Shown: positions 8,555 to 18,074 of the stretch, one piece after another
Position numbering within the stretch: position 1 is the stretch's first letter
Layout: every line of letters begins with the position of its first letter
Source of the DNA: Bacteroidota bacterium
GTDB lineage: Bacteria; Bacteroidota; Bacteroidia; Bacteroidales; Porphyromonadaceae
Direction of reading: 5' to 3'
NCBI GenBank assembly: GCA_023388555.1
Contig: JAEWGA010000036.1
Location: 1-62,873, forward strand
Length of the DNA: 62,873 nucleotides
The notes under the pieces: model-generated
What the model was told of the DNA's origin: nothing
Seen by the model: the letters and a program-made list of their open reading frames with translations, nothing else
Databases searched by the model: none
Translations under genes and position numbers: made by a program

Positions 8555-9913
8555 ATGAAGACAATAAATAGGCTACATCGGGCTGTACAACTCTTTATAT
8601 TGACGTGTTTGGTCTCATCCTGCCTCAAAGAGACTGCTGTTCCTATCGAATCGGCATTCACCATAGAGGCATCAGAAGATAAGACCTCACCTGTGACTAT
8701 CCAATTGAAAAATGAAAGTTACGGGGCAGACGAATATGAATGGACTTTCGAGGGCGGCGTTCCTGGCAGCTCCAATCAGAGAGCCCCAGGTAATGTAGTG
8801 TTCTCGCAAGCCGGTGAGCACAAGATAACCTTGCGCGTTTGGAATGCTGTAGAGGAAAAAATGAGTCAACAGATCCTCAGAGTTGATTCCGCCATGACGA
8901 TAGACTTTGATTTCACCGTGGCAATCAATGATATTGCTCCGGGAACTGTCTCCATCATCAACAAAAGCAAAGGCGGAAGTCAATATGAGTGGACTTTTGA
9001 AGGTGGTATCCCCTCTACGTCCAACCAACAGCATCCCAGCGCGATAACCTTTGCGGAAGGTGGTGAGCATAAGATTCACCTAAGAGTATTCAATGGCAGT
9101 AAATCCGAAGAACGTACTAAGACGCTAACCCTACAACCTTCTATGCAAGCCGATTTTTCGTATGCGGCTCTGCCTGTTGATCAGGATTGGGAAGCCCCAC
9201 TCACGTTGATAACAACCAATCTCACCACAGGAGGATTGTCTTATCATTGGGTATGTGCAGGCGCCAACGTACAATCTCCGGAGAGTAAAACAACAACCAT
9301 TCGATTTGAACATCCAGGTACTTACACCGTGCAGATGATAGCCGGCAATGGCAAAGAAGAGAAAATTGTAGAAAAAAGCATTGCAATCAAATCCAATAGT
9401 GGCATTATCAAGCAGAACAATATAAAATTAGGTATCAATGAGGCAAAGAACAGCATTGGGTGTTTTTACTCAGCGAAAGAGAGAGGAGTTCTCACTTCCA
9501 ATCAAATTGCTCAAAGCGATGATTTAGGACATTGGGTTGATTTTGGGTTCTTTGCCCTTAACTCATCATTTAACTATTGCTACTTCTTTGCGCCCAATCA
9601 GGCAAAAGCCAATTCTTTCCCAAAGATAGACAATGCTCAGGATGCTACTTTTATCAATAATCCAGCTTCAATGGGAATCAATATCACAAATGGCATTTTT
9701 GACAACATCAAAAGGTCTTCTGACCTGAATCAATTCTCCAAATGGTCGGAAGAACGTCTGACAAGCTTCAATAAAACCAGCACTCCACATTTCGTGCTGG
9801 TGCGTACTGCAGACGGGAGAAGGGGTATCATCAGAATAAAGGAGTTCGTCAAAGCCGGCTCACAATCCTATATTATAGCGGATGTCAAACTTGAAAAAAG
9901 AGCAGGGGAATAA
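8555..9913 (+). CDS. PKD-domain lipoprotein (three PKD repeats plus C-terminal beta domain)
   Basis: Lipobox LVSS-C; repeated YEWTFEGG.P..S...P....F...GEHKI.LRV.N units. Confidence 0.85.
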   Translation: MKTINRLHRAVQLFILTCLVSSCLKETAVPIESAFTIEASEDKTSPVTIQLKNESYGADEYEWTFEGGVPGSSNQRAPGNVVFSQAGEHKITLRVWNAVEEKMSQQILRVDSAMTIDFDFTVAINDIAPGTVSIINKSKGGSQYEWTFEGGIPSTSNQQHPSAITFAEGGEHKIHLRVFNGSKSEERTKTLTLQPSMQADFSYAALPVDQDWEAPLTLITTNLTTGGLSYHWVCAGANVQSPESKTTTIRFEHPGTYTVQMIAGNGKEEKIVEKSIAIKSNSGIIKQNNIKLGINEAKNSIGCFYSAKERGVLTSNQIAQSDDLGHWVDFGFFALNSSFNYCYFFAPNQAKANSFPKIDNAQDATFINNPASMGINITNGIFDNIKRSSDLNQFSKWSEERLTSFNKTSTPHFVLVRTADGRRGIIRIKEFVKAGSQSYIIADVKLEKRAGE

Positions 9914-9934
9914 CAACATATACATGTAAGACAT

Positions 9935-11608
9935 ATGAACAGATCCCATATCATCCGTATAACTTTGGGCATTTTCATGTTTATGGCATGGAGCAACACC
10001 GTATCAGCCCAAAATATGGAGGAAATATTAGAGTTTCGCAAGAAGAAGCCGTTAAAAATCAGCGGTAGCATTTCAGCAAACGCGATACAATTCAATAGTA
10101 CGCCCGGGCAGTCACGACAGTCCTTTACCTATCAGCTGACAGGCTCTGTAAACATGTCTCTCTATGAGTTGTTAAATATCCCCATATCGTTCAACTTGAA
10201 TAACTATGGGGCAAAGTTCTCCTATCCCTCGCTCCCCAACCGTCTGAGCCTTCATCCTTCCTACAAATGGATTCGGGCACATATAGGGGATGTGTCGATG
10301 AGCTTTAGCCCTTATACGCTTAACGGACACCAGTTTACCGGTGCAGGTATTGAACTGACTCCGGGAGGTTGGCAAATCGCTGCAATGGGCGGCAGATTAT
10401 TAAAACGTGTGGATATAGACTCTTTGAATCTCTCTATCCGCCCTAACTATGAGCGGTGGGGGTACGGTACAAAAGTCAGATATGAGACAGAAAAGTATGC
10501 TTTGGGAGGAACAGTCTTTACGGCAAAGGATAAAATGAATAGTATTTCTTTTGATGCAGATGCTTTGGGAATATATCCTAAAGGGAACATCGCCATTGGA
10601 CTGGAAGCAAGTCTTAGCATAATCAAGGACCTTAAACTGTCTTTGGAATATGGATTGAGCATCATGCAACGCGATTTGAGGATAAATGAGAAAAATCTTT
10701 ATCATGCATTGAAGGCGGATTTGGCATATCTTTTCTTGGGGAATACCATCGGTATAGGCTACGAACGAATCAGCCCAGATTATGAAACGCTCGGTGCCTA
10801 CTACTTCAATAATGACTACGAAAACATTACAGTCAATTACAGCCGCAATTTCTTTGACAACAAAATGAGCATCGCACTTAGCGGAGGCGTGCAGCGAGAT
10901 GATCTTTCGGGACAAAAGCAGGAGAAAAACAAACGGTTCGTAGGTTCTGCCAATATCAATTTTACTCCCAGTGAGAATTTTTCAACCTCTGTTTCTTTGT
11001 CGAGCTATCAGGCGCACCGAAACATCAAGTCTTCATTTGATTATATAAATGAGCGGACACCGTATGAAAATCTTGACACTCTAAGGTTTACCCAATTGAA
11101 TAACAATATGGATATAAATATGAACTGGCGATTACTGAATAATGAGAAACAGACACACAACCTTTCTGCCAATGCAAGCTATCAGGAAGCAGCCGACAAA
11201 CAGGGGAAATATATCATGCCCGGTAATTTAACACGCTTTTTGAATCTCGGAGCCAATTATGGTATTGATTTCACTCCATTGGACTTCTCAATGACGGCAG
11301 GTGTAAATGTCAGCAACAATTATGCATCACGCAAGAATGTTCTGACATTAGGTCCTACACTCACATGTATAAAACGCCTGCTAAAAAAATCCTTAACCAC
11401 AGGATTGACTCTTTCAATGAATCAGACGAATGAAGAGAATAAGAAATTGGCAACAATCTATAATATTCGATGGCATGCCAGTTATCGTTTCCTTAAACAA
11501 CATGGATTAAATGCCAGCATAGCTTATCAACACCGCTCCTTGTCAGAAGCATCTCTTAGTAACTCTTCATCCCTAACCAGTCAGGTAAGTTATAGTTATT
11601 CATTCTAA
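9935..11608 (+). CDS. Outer-membrane beta-barrel protein without an evident plug domain
   Basis: Signal peptide VSA|Q, amphipathic beta-strands throughout, C-terminal SYSYSF (BAM signal). Confidence 0.75.
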   Translation: MNRSHIIRITLGIFMFMAWSNTVSAQNMEEILEFRKKKPLKISGSISANAIQFNSTPGQSRQSFTYQLTGSVNMSLYELLNIPISFNLNNYGAKFSYPSLPNRLSLHPSYKWIRAHIGDVSMSFSPYTLNGHQFTGAGIELTPGGWQIAAMGGRLLKRVDIDSLNLSIRPNYERWGYGTKVRYETEKYALGGTVFTAKDKMNSISFDADALGIYPKGNIAIGLEASLSIIKDLKLSLEYGLSIMQRDLRINEKNLYHALKADLAYLFLGNTIGIGYERISPDYETLGAYYFNNDYENITVNYSRNFFDNKMSIALSGGVQRDDLSGQKQEKNKRFVGSANINFTPSENFSTSVSLSSYQAHRNIKSSFDYINERTPYENLDTLRFTQLNNNMDINMNWRLLNNEKQTHNLSANASYQEAADKQGKYIMPGNLTRFLNLGANYGIDFTPLDFSMTAGVNVSNNYASRKNVLTLGPTLTCIKRLLKKSLTTGLTLSMNQTNEENKKLATIYNIRWHASYRFLKQHGLNASIAYQHRSLSEASLSNSSSLTSQVSYSYSF

Positions 11609-11620
11609 AACAACCAGAAC

Positions 11621-13099
11621 ATGCAATATTGTACAAAAACAAAAATAGTCATTTTCATCATAGGCGTAGTTTGCTTATTCTCTTGTCAAAATAAGCCTAC
11701 CGACCTTGTTGAAAATCCAGTAAAAGCATATAGTGACACGATTGCAGCCAACACTGCCGTAGATGCTCTTTATGCAAAGGGGCTTCCACAGCTTTATCTT
11801 TCGGCAGACCAAGAATATGGTATTCCATTGGCATGGGGAAGCTATTTGTCCGGACTGTTTGAAAGTGAAGCAACACAAGGGTATTTCCCAGCATTGGCAA
11901 AACAAAATTTGGAAGACCCTTCTGTCCAGGATTTGGCCAAACAAATATATACGACCTGTTTTGATGGGATTGAAGCCACGGATTCTGTCATCTTACAGAT
12001 TCCCAACACGTCGGGATTCACCTTGGCAGAGCAGGCAAAACTTGTTGGTGAAGCTAAATTCTTCCGTGCATTCAATCGGTTTTATCTTATCCGTACATTC
12101 GGTTCTTTTCCAGATGAAAGGCATGCCGCCTCGTGGCTGAGTATAGAAAAGGCATATTTGAAAGTGGAAAAAGACTTGCTTGATGCCATTGCCACCTTAC
12201 CAGAAAAGAATTTCCAAGAAAACAATTCACATGTAACGGCATTTACCGCCCGTGCCCTATTGGGTGATGTGTACCTGCATATGAGTGGGAAACCATTACA
12301 GAAGAATAAATATGAACAGGCCGCTGCTATTCTTCGCCCCATCATACGGTCGGAGAAGCACCATCTCGCAACTAATGGTGCTAACGAAACAGTGTCTGCT
12401 ATCAATACGCTTCGAACTACTCCAACCAATGACGAGTACCTTTATGTTGTTTATGGGGAAACATCGTTGACACGGGCATCATTTGCCTTTCCAAAAATGG
12501 CCAGAAACTGGGGTAATGTCAAGGAACATGTAGCTTTCAATGCCTTCAAGCCCATTCAGGCGTTTATGAGTTGCTATGCCGATGGAGATATAAGAGGAAA
12601 GGACCGACAGTATTTCCACACTTTCTTCAAAGTTAAAGATGAGGAAAAGACAATCTTTGAAATCTTTGATCCAGCGCCCTATTTTTGGCTCGCTTCCGGG
12701 ACAGATATAGCTGCTTCTAAAAAACAGTACTGGGGGATTTATCGTTATGCGGAAGTCCTGCTTATGGCCGCAGAAGCCATAGCTCATAGTGAAGGAGTTA
12801 CTCTGGAGGCTGTAAATTGCCTTTCCCAAGTTCGGGCTCGCTCTATCTCTGATTCTCAGATTGACTTAAGCAAACAACTTTCAGGATTAGCCGTAAATAA
12901 GTTTATCGAGGAAGTTTGGTTGGAGCGATTAAGAGAATTACCCTATGAGATGAAACAACTTTCAGATATTTTGCGCACAGGCTTTTATCCTATAGATAAG
13001 GATAGTATGCTACAGTTTGTTCCACTTCAAGAATCCGCCACTTCACAAGAGCAGTCACCGAATAGACGATTTTTCTATTTGCCTAAGCCTACACTCTAA
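11621..13099 (+). CDS. RagB/SusD family lipoprotein
   Basis: Lipobox LFSC; GEAKFFRAFNRFYLIRTFG, TARALLGDVYL, YRYAEVLLMAAEA and ERLRELPYE SusD motifs. Confidence 0.85.
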   Translation: MQYCTKTKIVIFIIGVVCLFSCQNKPTDLVENPVKAYSDTIAANTAVDALYAKGLPQLYLSADQEYGIPLAWGSYLSGLFESEATQGYFPALAKQNLEDPSVQDLAKQIYTTCFDGIEATDSVILQIPNTSGFTLAEQAKLVGEAKFFRAFNRFYLIRTFGSFPDERHAASWLSIEKAYLKVEKDLLDAIATLPEKNFQENNSHVTAFTARALLGDVYLHMSGKPLQKNKYEQAAAILRPIIRSEKHHLATNGANETVSAINTLRTTPTNDEYLYVVYGETSLTRASFAFPKMARNWGNVKEHVAFNAFKPIQAFMSCYADGDIRGKDRQYFHTFFKVKDEEKTIFEIFDPAPYFWLASGTDIAASKKQYWGIYRYAEVLLMAAEAIAHSEGVTLEAVNCLSQVRARSISDSQIDLSKQLSGLAVNKFIEEVWLERLRELPYEMKQLSDILRTGFYPIDKDSMLQFVPLQESATSQEQSPNRRFFYLPKPTL

Positions 13100-13185
13100 T
13101 GGGGTGAGCAAATTCTACCAGCATTTCCTCCAATTCTATAACCCAACCGCCAACGATAGTATTCCTTGATTGCGGTTACGATATT

Positions 13186-13230
13186 TGGCTCCGAAAATCT
13201 CAAAGAGACGATCGGAGCCATCTTTGTTTG
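13186..13230 (+). terminator. Probable intrinsic terminator of the island operon
   Basis: tggctccga/tcggagcca stem followed by tctttgtttg. Confidence 0.5.
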
Positions 13231-13271
13231 TAAAATCCAGATTACATGGTTAGCCACCAGATAAACGACAG

Positions 13272-13335
13272 ATTAGGGCGTGTCAAAATAGGCACGCCCT
13301 AATAAAAGCCTCAGCTTGGAAAAGTTAAGGCTTTT
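13272..13335. repeat. Two adjacent palindromes at the island/core boundary
   Basis: attagggcgtg-N10-cacgccctaat (13272-13303) and aaaagcct..aggctttt (13304-13335). Confidence 0.6.
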
Positions 13336-13621
13336 TCTTCCCTCTGCCATACGTGTTATTTGGGGCATAATAAAGGTTGTGACAGAACTTCCCCCGTAGG
13401 CAAGTATCAAGAAAAAACGATAGCAGCCCCCAACTCCTTGAATTATCCTGGTTAAGTTTTTTGGGGTACGTTCTGAGAAAGAGAGAGCAAGGGCAGATTT
13501 TATTTTGAACCGTTCTATCGCCCCAATTAAGCCCGAAACAAAAGCCAAGTAGTGTACGAAACAAGATAAATGGGTATATTTAGAGGTCTTAATACAGTAA
13601 CTAAACCTGGACCTTAAGCGT

Positions 13622-15178
13622 ATGAGTAATTGTAACCATCTACTATCGGAAGAGGATCTGATACAATTGTCGGAGTTGGGCATCTCTAAGTCGACCGTTG
13701 AGTCTCAGTTACGTTCTTTCAAAGAGGGTTTTCCCTTTTTAGAGGTGTTAAGTGCTGCAACCATAGGAAATGGGATTAAATCCTTTTCGGCAGAAGAGCT
13801 GAAAACATTTATCCAATTGTGGGAGGCCGAACTACAGCATGCAAACAGAACTATTGTGAAATTTGTACCAGCCTCAGGCGCAGCCTCTCGGATGTTTAAA
13901 TCCTTGTATGAATACCTTTCCCAAATAGAGGAAGAAGAGGTCCCCACACCGCCTACTGGAGAAGCACAAACGTTTTTTGAGCATTTAAACGACTTTGCAT
14001 TTGACAACGCCCTAAATGCCATGTGCCTCCAAAACAATTGGAAAACTATGGCAAAGCTTCATCAGCAAGGGGAATACAAACAGATACTTGAAAACTTCTT
14101 GTTGGAAGAGGGGTTAAACTATGGGAATTTGCCTAAGGGATTGCTACTGTTTCACAATTACAAACAGGGAGCCCGCACAGCTGCCGAAGAGCATTTGGCA
14201 GAAGGGGCCATGTATACTAAAAATGTCAGTGGTGATGTTTTCATACATTTTACGGTATCTCCAGAGCACCTATCGGCCTTTAAGGCGCTGCTTTCCAGAA
14301 AGGTTGCTGTTTTAGAAGATGTTTTTTCTGTTCGTTTTCACCTTTCTTACAGCACCCAAAAGAAGGAAACCGATACCATTGCCGTGGATGAAAACAATAA
14401 TCCCTTGCGCGACTCCAACGGGCGTCTGCTTTTTAGGCCCGGAGGCCATGGTGCACTTATAGAAAACCTAAACGATATCGATGCCGATATTATTTTTATT
14501 AAGAATATCGACAACGTAGTACCCGACCATTATAAGTGCGACACCATTATTTACAAAAAAGCACTTGGAGGGTATTTGGTAAGCATCCGGGACCGCGTTT
14601 ACGACTATATGCGCATGCTTTCCGATGTCAAACGTATACAACCAACAACCCTATTTGAAATACAACAATTCATAACAGAAACCTTTGGAATTCAACTGAC
14701 GCCATTAGAAGGGCTTGAACTAACCGAGGTTGCAGAACGCTTAAAAGTTATCCTTAATAGGCCTATGCGTGTGTGTGGTATGGTCCGAAACGAGGGCGAA
14801 CCTGGTGGAGGTCCTTATATTGTTCGTGACGAGAAAGGGTTTACCAGCCTCCAAATATTGGAAAGCACCCAAATTAATAAGGAGAACCCTGCCGAGTTAG
14901 AAATAATGAAGAGTGCCGAGTTCTTTAATCCAGTGGATTTGGTATGCTGTGTGAAAGATTTTGAAGGGCATAAATTCAATTTACGACCTTTCATAGATGA
15001 GCACACTGGGTTTATTAGCCATAAAAGTAAAGACGGAATAGCTTTAAAAGCATTGGAGCTTCCTGGGCTATGGAATGGAGCTATGGCAAAGTGGAATACC
15101 GCATTTGTTGAAGTCCCTATTTCTACCTTTAATCCAGTAAAAACAGTGTCCGACCTCCTCCGCCCAATGCATCAGTAA
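13622..15178 (+). CDS. DUF4301 family protein
   Basis: KFVPASGAASRMFK, FRPGGHGALIENLN, IKNIDNVVPD, ELPGLWNGAMA. Confidence 0.9.
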   Translation: MSNCNHLLSEEDLIQLSELGISKSTVESQLRSFKEGFPFLEVLSAATIGNGIKSFSAEELKTFIQLWEAELQHANRTIVKFVPASGAASRMFKSLYEYLSQIEEEEVPTPPTGEAQTFFEHLNDFAFDNALNAMCLQNNWKTMAKLHQQGEYKQILENFLLEEGLNYGNLPKGLLLFHNYKQGARTAAEEHLAEGAMYTKNVSGDVFIHFTVSPEHLSAFKALLSRKVAVLEDVFSVRFHLSYSTQKKETDTIAVDENNNPLRDSNGRLLFRPGGHGALIENLNDIDADIIFIKNIDNVVPDHYKCDTIIYKKALGGYLVSIRDRVYDYMRMLSDVKRIQPTTLFEIQQFITETFGIQLTPLEGLELTEVAERLKVILNRPMRVCGMVRNEGEPGGGPYIVRDEKGFTSLQILESTQINKENPAELEIMKSAEFFNPVDLVCCVKDFEGHKFNLRPFIDEHTGFISHKSKDGIALKALELPGLWNGAMAKWNTAFVEVPISTFNPVKTVSDLLRPMHQ

Positions 15179-15202
15179 CCCCCAAAACTCTAATCTTATA
15201 AT

Positions 15203-16999
15203 ATGAATACTCAAGTAACAACCCGACTAAACAGCTTGCGCAAAGAAATGAAAGCAGCAGGCATAGATGCATATGTAATACCCAGCTCCGACCCCCATTT
15301 AAGTGAATATCCCCCCGAATGCTGGAAGGACAGAGCTTGGATTTCGGGATTCGATGGTTCTGCTGGAACTGTTGTCGTAACCTTGGAAGAAGCTGGTTTA
15401 TGGACGGACTCCCGATACTTTTTACAAGCCGAAAAACAGCTTGAAGGCACAACAATAACACTTTATAAAGAAGGCGTACCAGGAACGCCTACCATCTCGG
15501 AGTTCCTTCGCCAGCATGCCAACACAATACGCACCGTTGGATTTAAGGGGAAAGCTATATCCTATAAAGAGACCCATACCCTACAATGCAATATTGCCGT
15601 ATTGGGAATTAAAACAGAGGCTTCGTTGGACTTGGTTGGAAACTGTCGTGAGGAGGCCCCTACCCTGCCTGCCGAGCCCCTCTTTATTCACCCCCTAAAA
15701 TATGCTGGTAAGTCCACCTCCGACAAAGTGGCCGAGGTGCGCCTTTCAATGGAAAAGATAGGAGCCAATACAATAATACTTAACACCTTGGACGAAGTTG
15801 CATGGCTTTTTAACCTACGCGGGGCGGACGTCCTGTTCAATCCTGTTGGACTTGCTTATGGGCTTATTACACCTTCGCGCGTAATACTCTATGCCGATAG
15901 GGAAAAACTTTCCGATGAAGTAATAACCCACCTTACAGAGAACGGTGTGGAAACTGCTCCCTACGAGAATATTTACCATGATGTTTCCGAACTCCCCAGC
16001 GAATTGGTATTTTGCGTAGATGAAAACCGTATTAACTACGACCTATACCAAGCTATCCCATTAAAAGCCACCAAGATTTCCCACCTATCCCCCATCACTT
16101 TACTTAAAGCATGTAAAAACGAAGCTGAGTACCAAGGATATTTGGCAGCCATGAAACGAGATGGCATAGCGCTAACCCGTTTCTTTATGTGGTTGGAGAG
16201 CGAACTTGCTAACGGTAACAGCTATTCCGAGTACGAAATAGGAGTACACTTAGCAAACTTCCGGGCTAAAAGCGACTACTATGTTAGCGATAGCTTTGCT
16301 ACCATTGCTGGCTACAACGGCAATGGAGCTATTGTGCATTACAGTGCTAACGAAAAAAACTCGGCACAAGTTATTGCCAAAGGGATATTGCTACTGGACT
16401 CGGGGGCACAGTATAAAGATGGCACAACAGATATTACACGCACCATATCCTTGGACGGAAACCCAACTACAGAACAAAAACAAAACTATACCCGTGTTCT
16501 TAAAGGACATATTGCCTTAGCAACCGCAATATATCCACAAGGAACCCGAGGCTCACAACTGGATATCTTAGCACGTAAGGCTCTTTGGGATAACTGCCAA
16601 AATTATGGGCACGGAACAGGGCACGGCGTGGGCCACTTCCTCAACGTACACGAAGGCCCCCAAAACATCCGGATGGATGAAAACCCTACTACACTAATGC
16701 CAGGTATGGTTACATCTAATGAACCTGGCATATACATAGCCAACGAGTATGGCATACGCATAGAAAACCTGATACGTACTATCCCTTATAAAACTACCGA
16801 CTTTGGAAACTTCTATGCTTTTGAAACCCTAACCTTATGCTATTTGGATAATACATTGGTGGATGTAAACCTCCTGACCAATGACGAATTAAGCTGGTAC
16901 AACGCCTACCAGGCCAGAGTATATAATGAGCTGTCGCCACTACTGGAGCAAGCAGAAGCAGAGTGGCTGAAAAACAAAACTCAACCACTACACAAATAA
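15203..16999 (+). CDS. Xaa-Pro aminopeptidase (aminopeptidase P, M24B)
   Basis: DPHLSEY, DSGAQYKDGTTDITRT, HGTGHGVGHFLNVHEGP, NEPG, GIRIEN. Confidence 0.95.
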   Translation: MNTQVTTRLNSLRKEMKAAGIDAYVIPSSDPHLSEYPPECWKDRAWISGFDGSAGTVVVTLEEAGLWTDSRYFLQAEKQLEGTTITLYKEGVPGTPTISEFLRQHANTIRTVGFKGKAISYKETHTLQCNIAVLGIKTEASLDLVGNCREEAPTLPAEPLFIHPLKYAGKSTSDKVAEVRLSMEKIGANTIILNTLDEVAWLFNLRGADVLFNPVGLAYGLITPSRVILYADREKLSDEVITHLTENGVETAPYENIYHDVSELPSELVFCVDENRINYDLYQAIPLKATKISHLSPITLLKACKNEAEYQGYLAAMKRDGIALTRFFMWLESELANGNSYSEYEIGVHLANFRAKSDYYVSDSFATIAGYNGNGAIVHYSANEKNSAQVIAKGILLLDSGAQYKDGTTDITRTISLDGNPTTEQKQNYTRVLKGHIALATAIYPQGTRGSQLDILARKALWDNCQNYGHGTGHGVGHFLNVHEGPQNIRMDENPTTLMPGMVTSNEPGIYIANEYGIRIENLIRTIPYKTTDFGNFYAFETLTLCYLDNTLVDVNLLTNDELSWYNAYQARVYNELSPLLEQAEAEWLKNKTQPLHK

Positions 17000-17005
17000 T
17001 TGACG

Positions 17006-17542
17006 ATGGCAATAATTCAAACCGTACGGGGTTTTACCCCACAATTGGGAAAGGACTGTTTTTTAGCAGCAAATGCTGTAGTTGTAGGCGATGTACAAAT
17101 GGGCGACCACTGTAGCGTATGGTTTAGCGCCGTGGTTAGAGGCGATGTTAACAGTATTCGTATAGGAAATAACGTTAATATCCAAGATGGAGCTGTAATA
17201 CATACCCTATACCAGAAATCGGTTGCTATCCTTGGCAACAACGTTTCTGTTGGGCATAATGCCATCATACATGGAGCTACAATAGAAGACGAGTGCCTAA
17301 TAGGCATGGGGGCTATTGTTATGGATAATGCTGTTGTTGGCAAAGGCTCCATTGTGGCAGCTGGCGCTGTTGTTTTAGCAGGAACTATTATTCCGCCTAA
17401 CACGTTAGTTGCAGGGGTCCCCGCAAAAGCTGTAAAGGAGGTTGCCGAGGAACAAGCCCAAAGCATTAATCGGAGGATAGCCAGTAACTACCAAATGTAC
17501 GCTTCCTGGTTTCCCAACCAAGAGGAGAGAGAAAGCTGGTAA
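17006..17542 (+). CDS. Gamma carbonic anhydrase family hexapeptide-repeat protein
   Basis: VRGDVNSIRIG, NIQDGAVIH, VGHNAIIHGA; ATG at 17006 preferred. Confidence 0.92.
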   Translation: MAIIQTVRGFTPQLGKDCFLAANAVVVGDVQMGDHCSVWFSAVVRGDVNSIRIGNNVNIQDGAVIHTLYQKSVAILGNNVSVGHNAIIHGATIEDECLIGMGAIVMDNAVVGKGSIVAAGAVVLAGTIIPPNTLVAGVPAKAVKEVAEEQAQSINRRIASNYQMYASWFPNQEERESW

Positions 17543-17669
17543 GCGGGTTACATCCCTTTTCCGTATTTGGCAGGAGGCATTCAAAGGGCAAGAAAAGAAG
17601 CCCCCAATATTATATACCTCTCCACCACTTCCTCGTTAAAAGAATTCCCCTCTTTTCCACAAAAAAGAA

Positions 17670-17710
17670 GCACCCCAAAAGTCAAAAACAAAACTTTTGG
17701 GGTGCAGTTT
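17670..17710. repeat. Palindrome resembling paired IS3-family ends (mini element or terminator)
   Basis: gcaccccaaaagt-N10-acttttggggtgc(agttt). Confidence 0.55.
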
Positions 17711-18010
17711 GTAATACCAAGCTCTTGCTTTCTTAACCAACGTATATCCAAGGCTCATTTAAATGGGGCTAAACCCTCTCCATGCCCCTAAAATCTGCCC
17801 CAATTTCATTGCCTAACGTATGACTAATCTCCCGTTCAAAAAACAAAAAAGGGAGCCATGAGAATTTCCCATCCAATCAAAACACAACCACTCGCTCCCA
17901 TATACACGACCATCCCCATACTCCAAATGATATGTAAAAAGCTATCACCTTCCCAGGCATGTTATGTTTATACCTATTTGGTCTATGCAAATAGTAAAAA
18001 AGTGGCATAA

Positions 18011-18048
18011 AAAAAGGGCTGAGATGCTATAATATCTCAGCCCTTTTT
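18011..18048 (-). terminator. Intrinsic terminator of the bamA-skp operon, probably bidirectional
   Basis: aaaaagggctgagat-N8-atctcagcccttttt. Confidence 0.85.
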
Positions 18049-18074
18049 ATGTGAGTAAAATAGTTTGCCTCGTA

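Noticed and set aside
1..13099. Island as a prophage, T6SS, CDI or DGR locus
   Set aside because: No phage structural genes, VgrG/PAAR/Rhs, POTRA-containing TpsB or reverse transcriptase motifs were seen.
13273..13683. Minus-strand ORFs of 136 aa and 79 aa
   Set aside because: They span palindromes, the longer one also overlaps the DUF4301 start, and neither has a recognisable motif.
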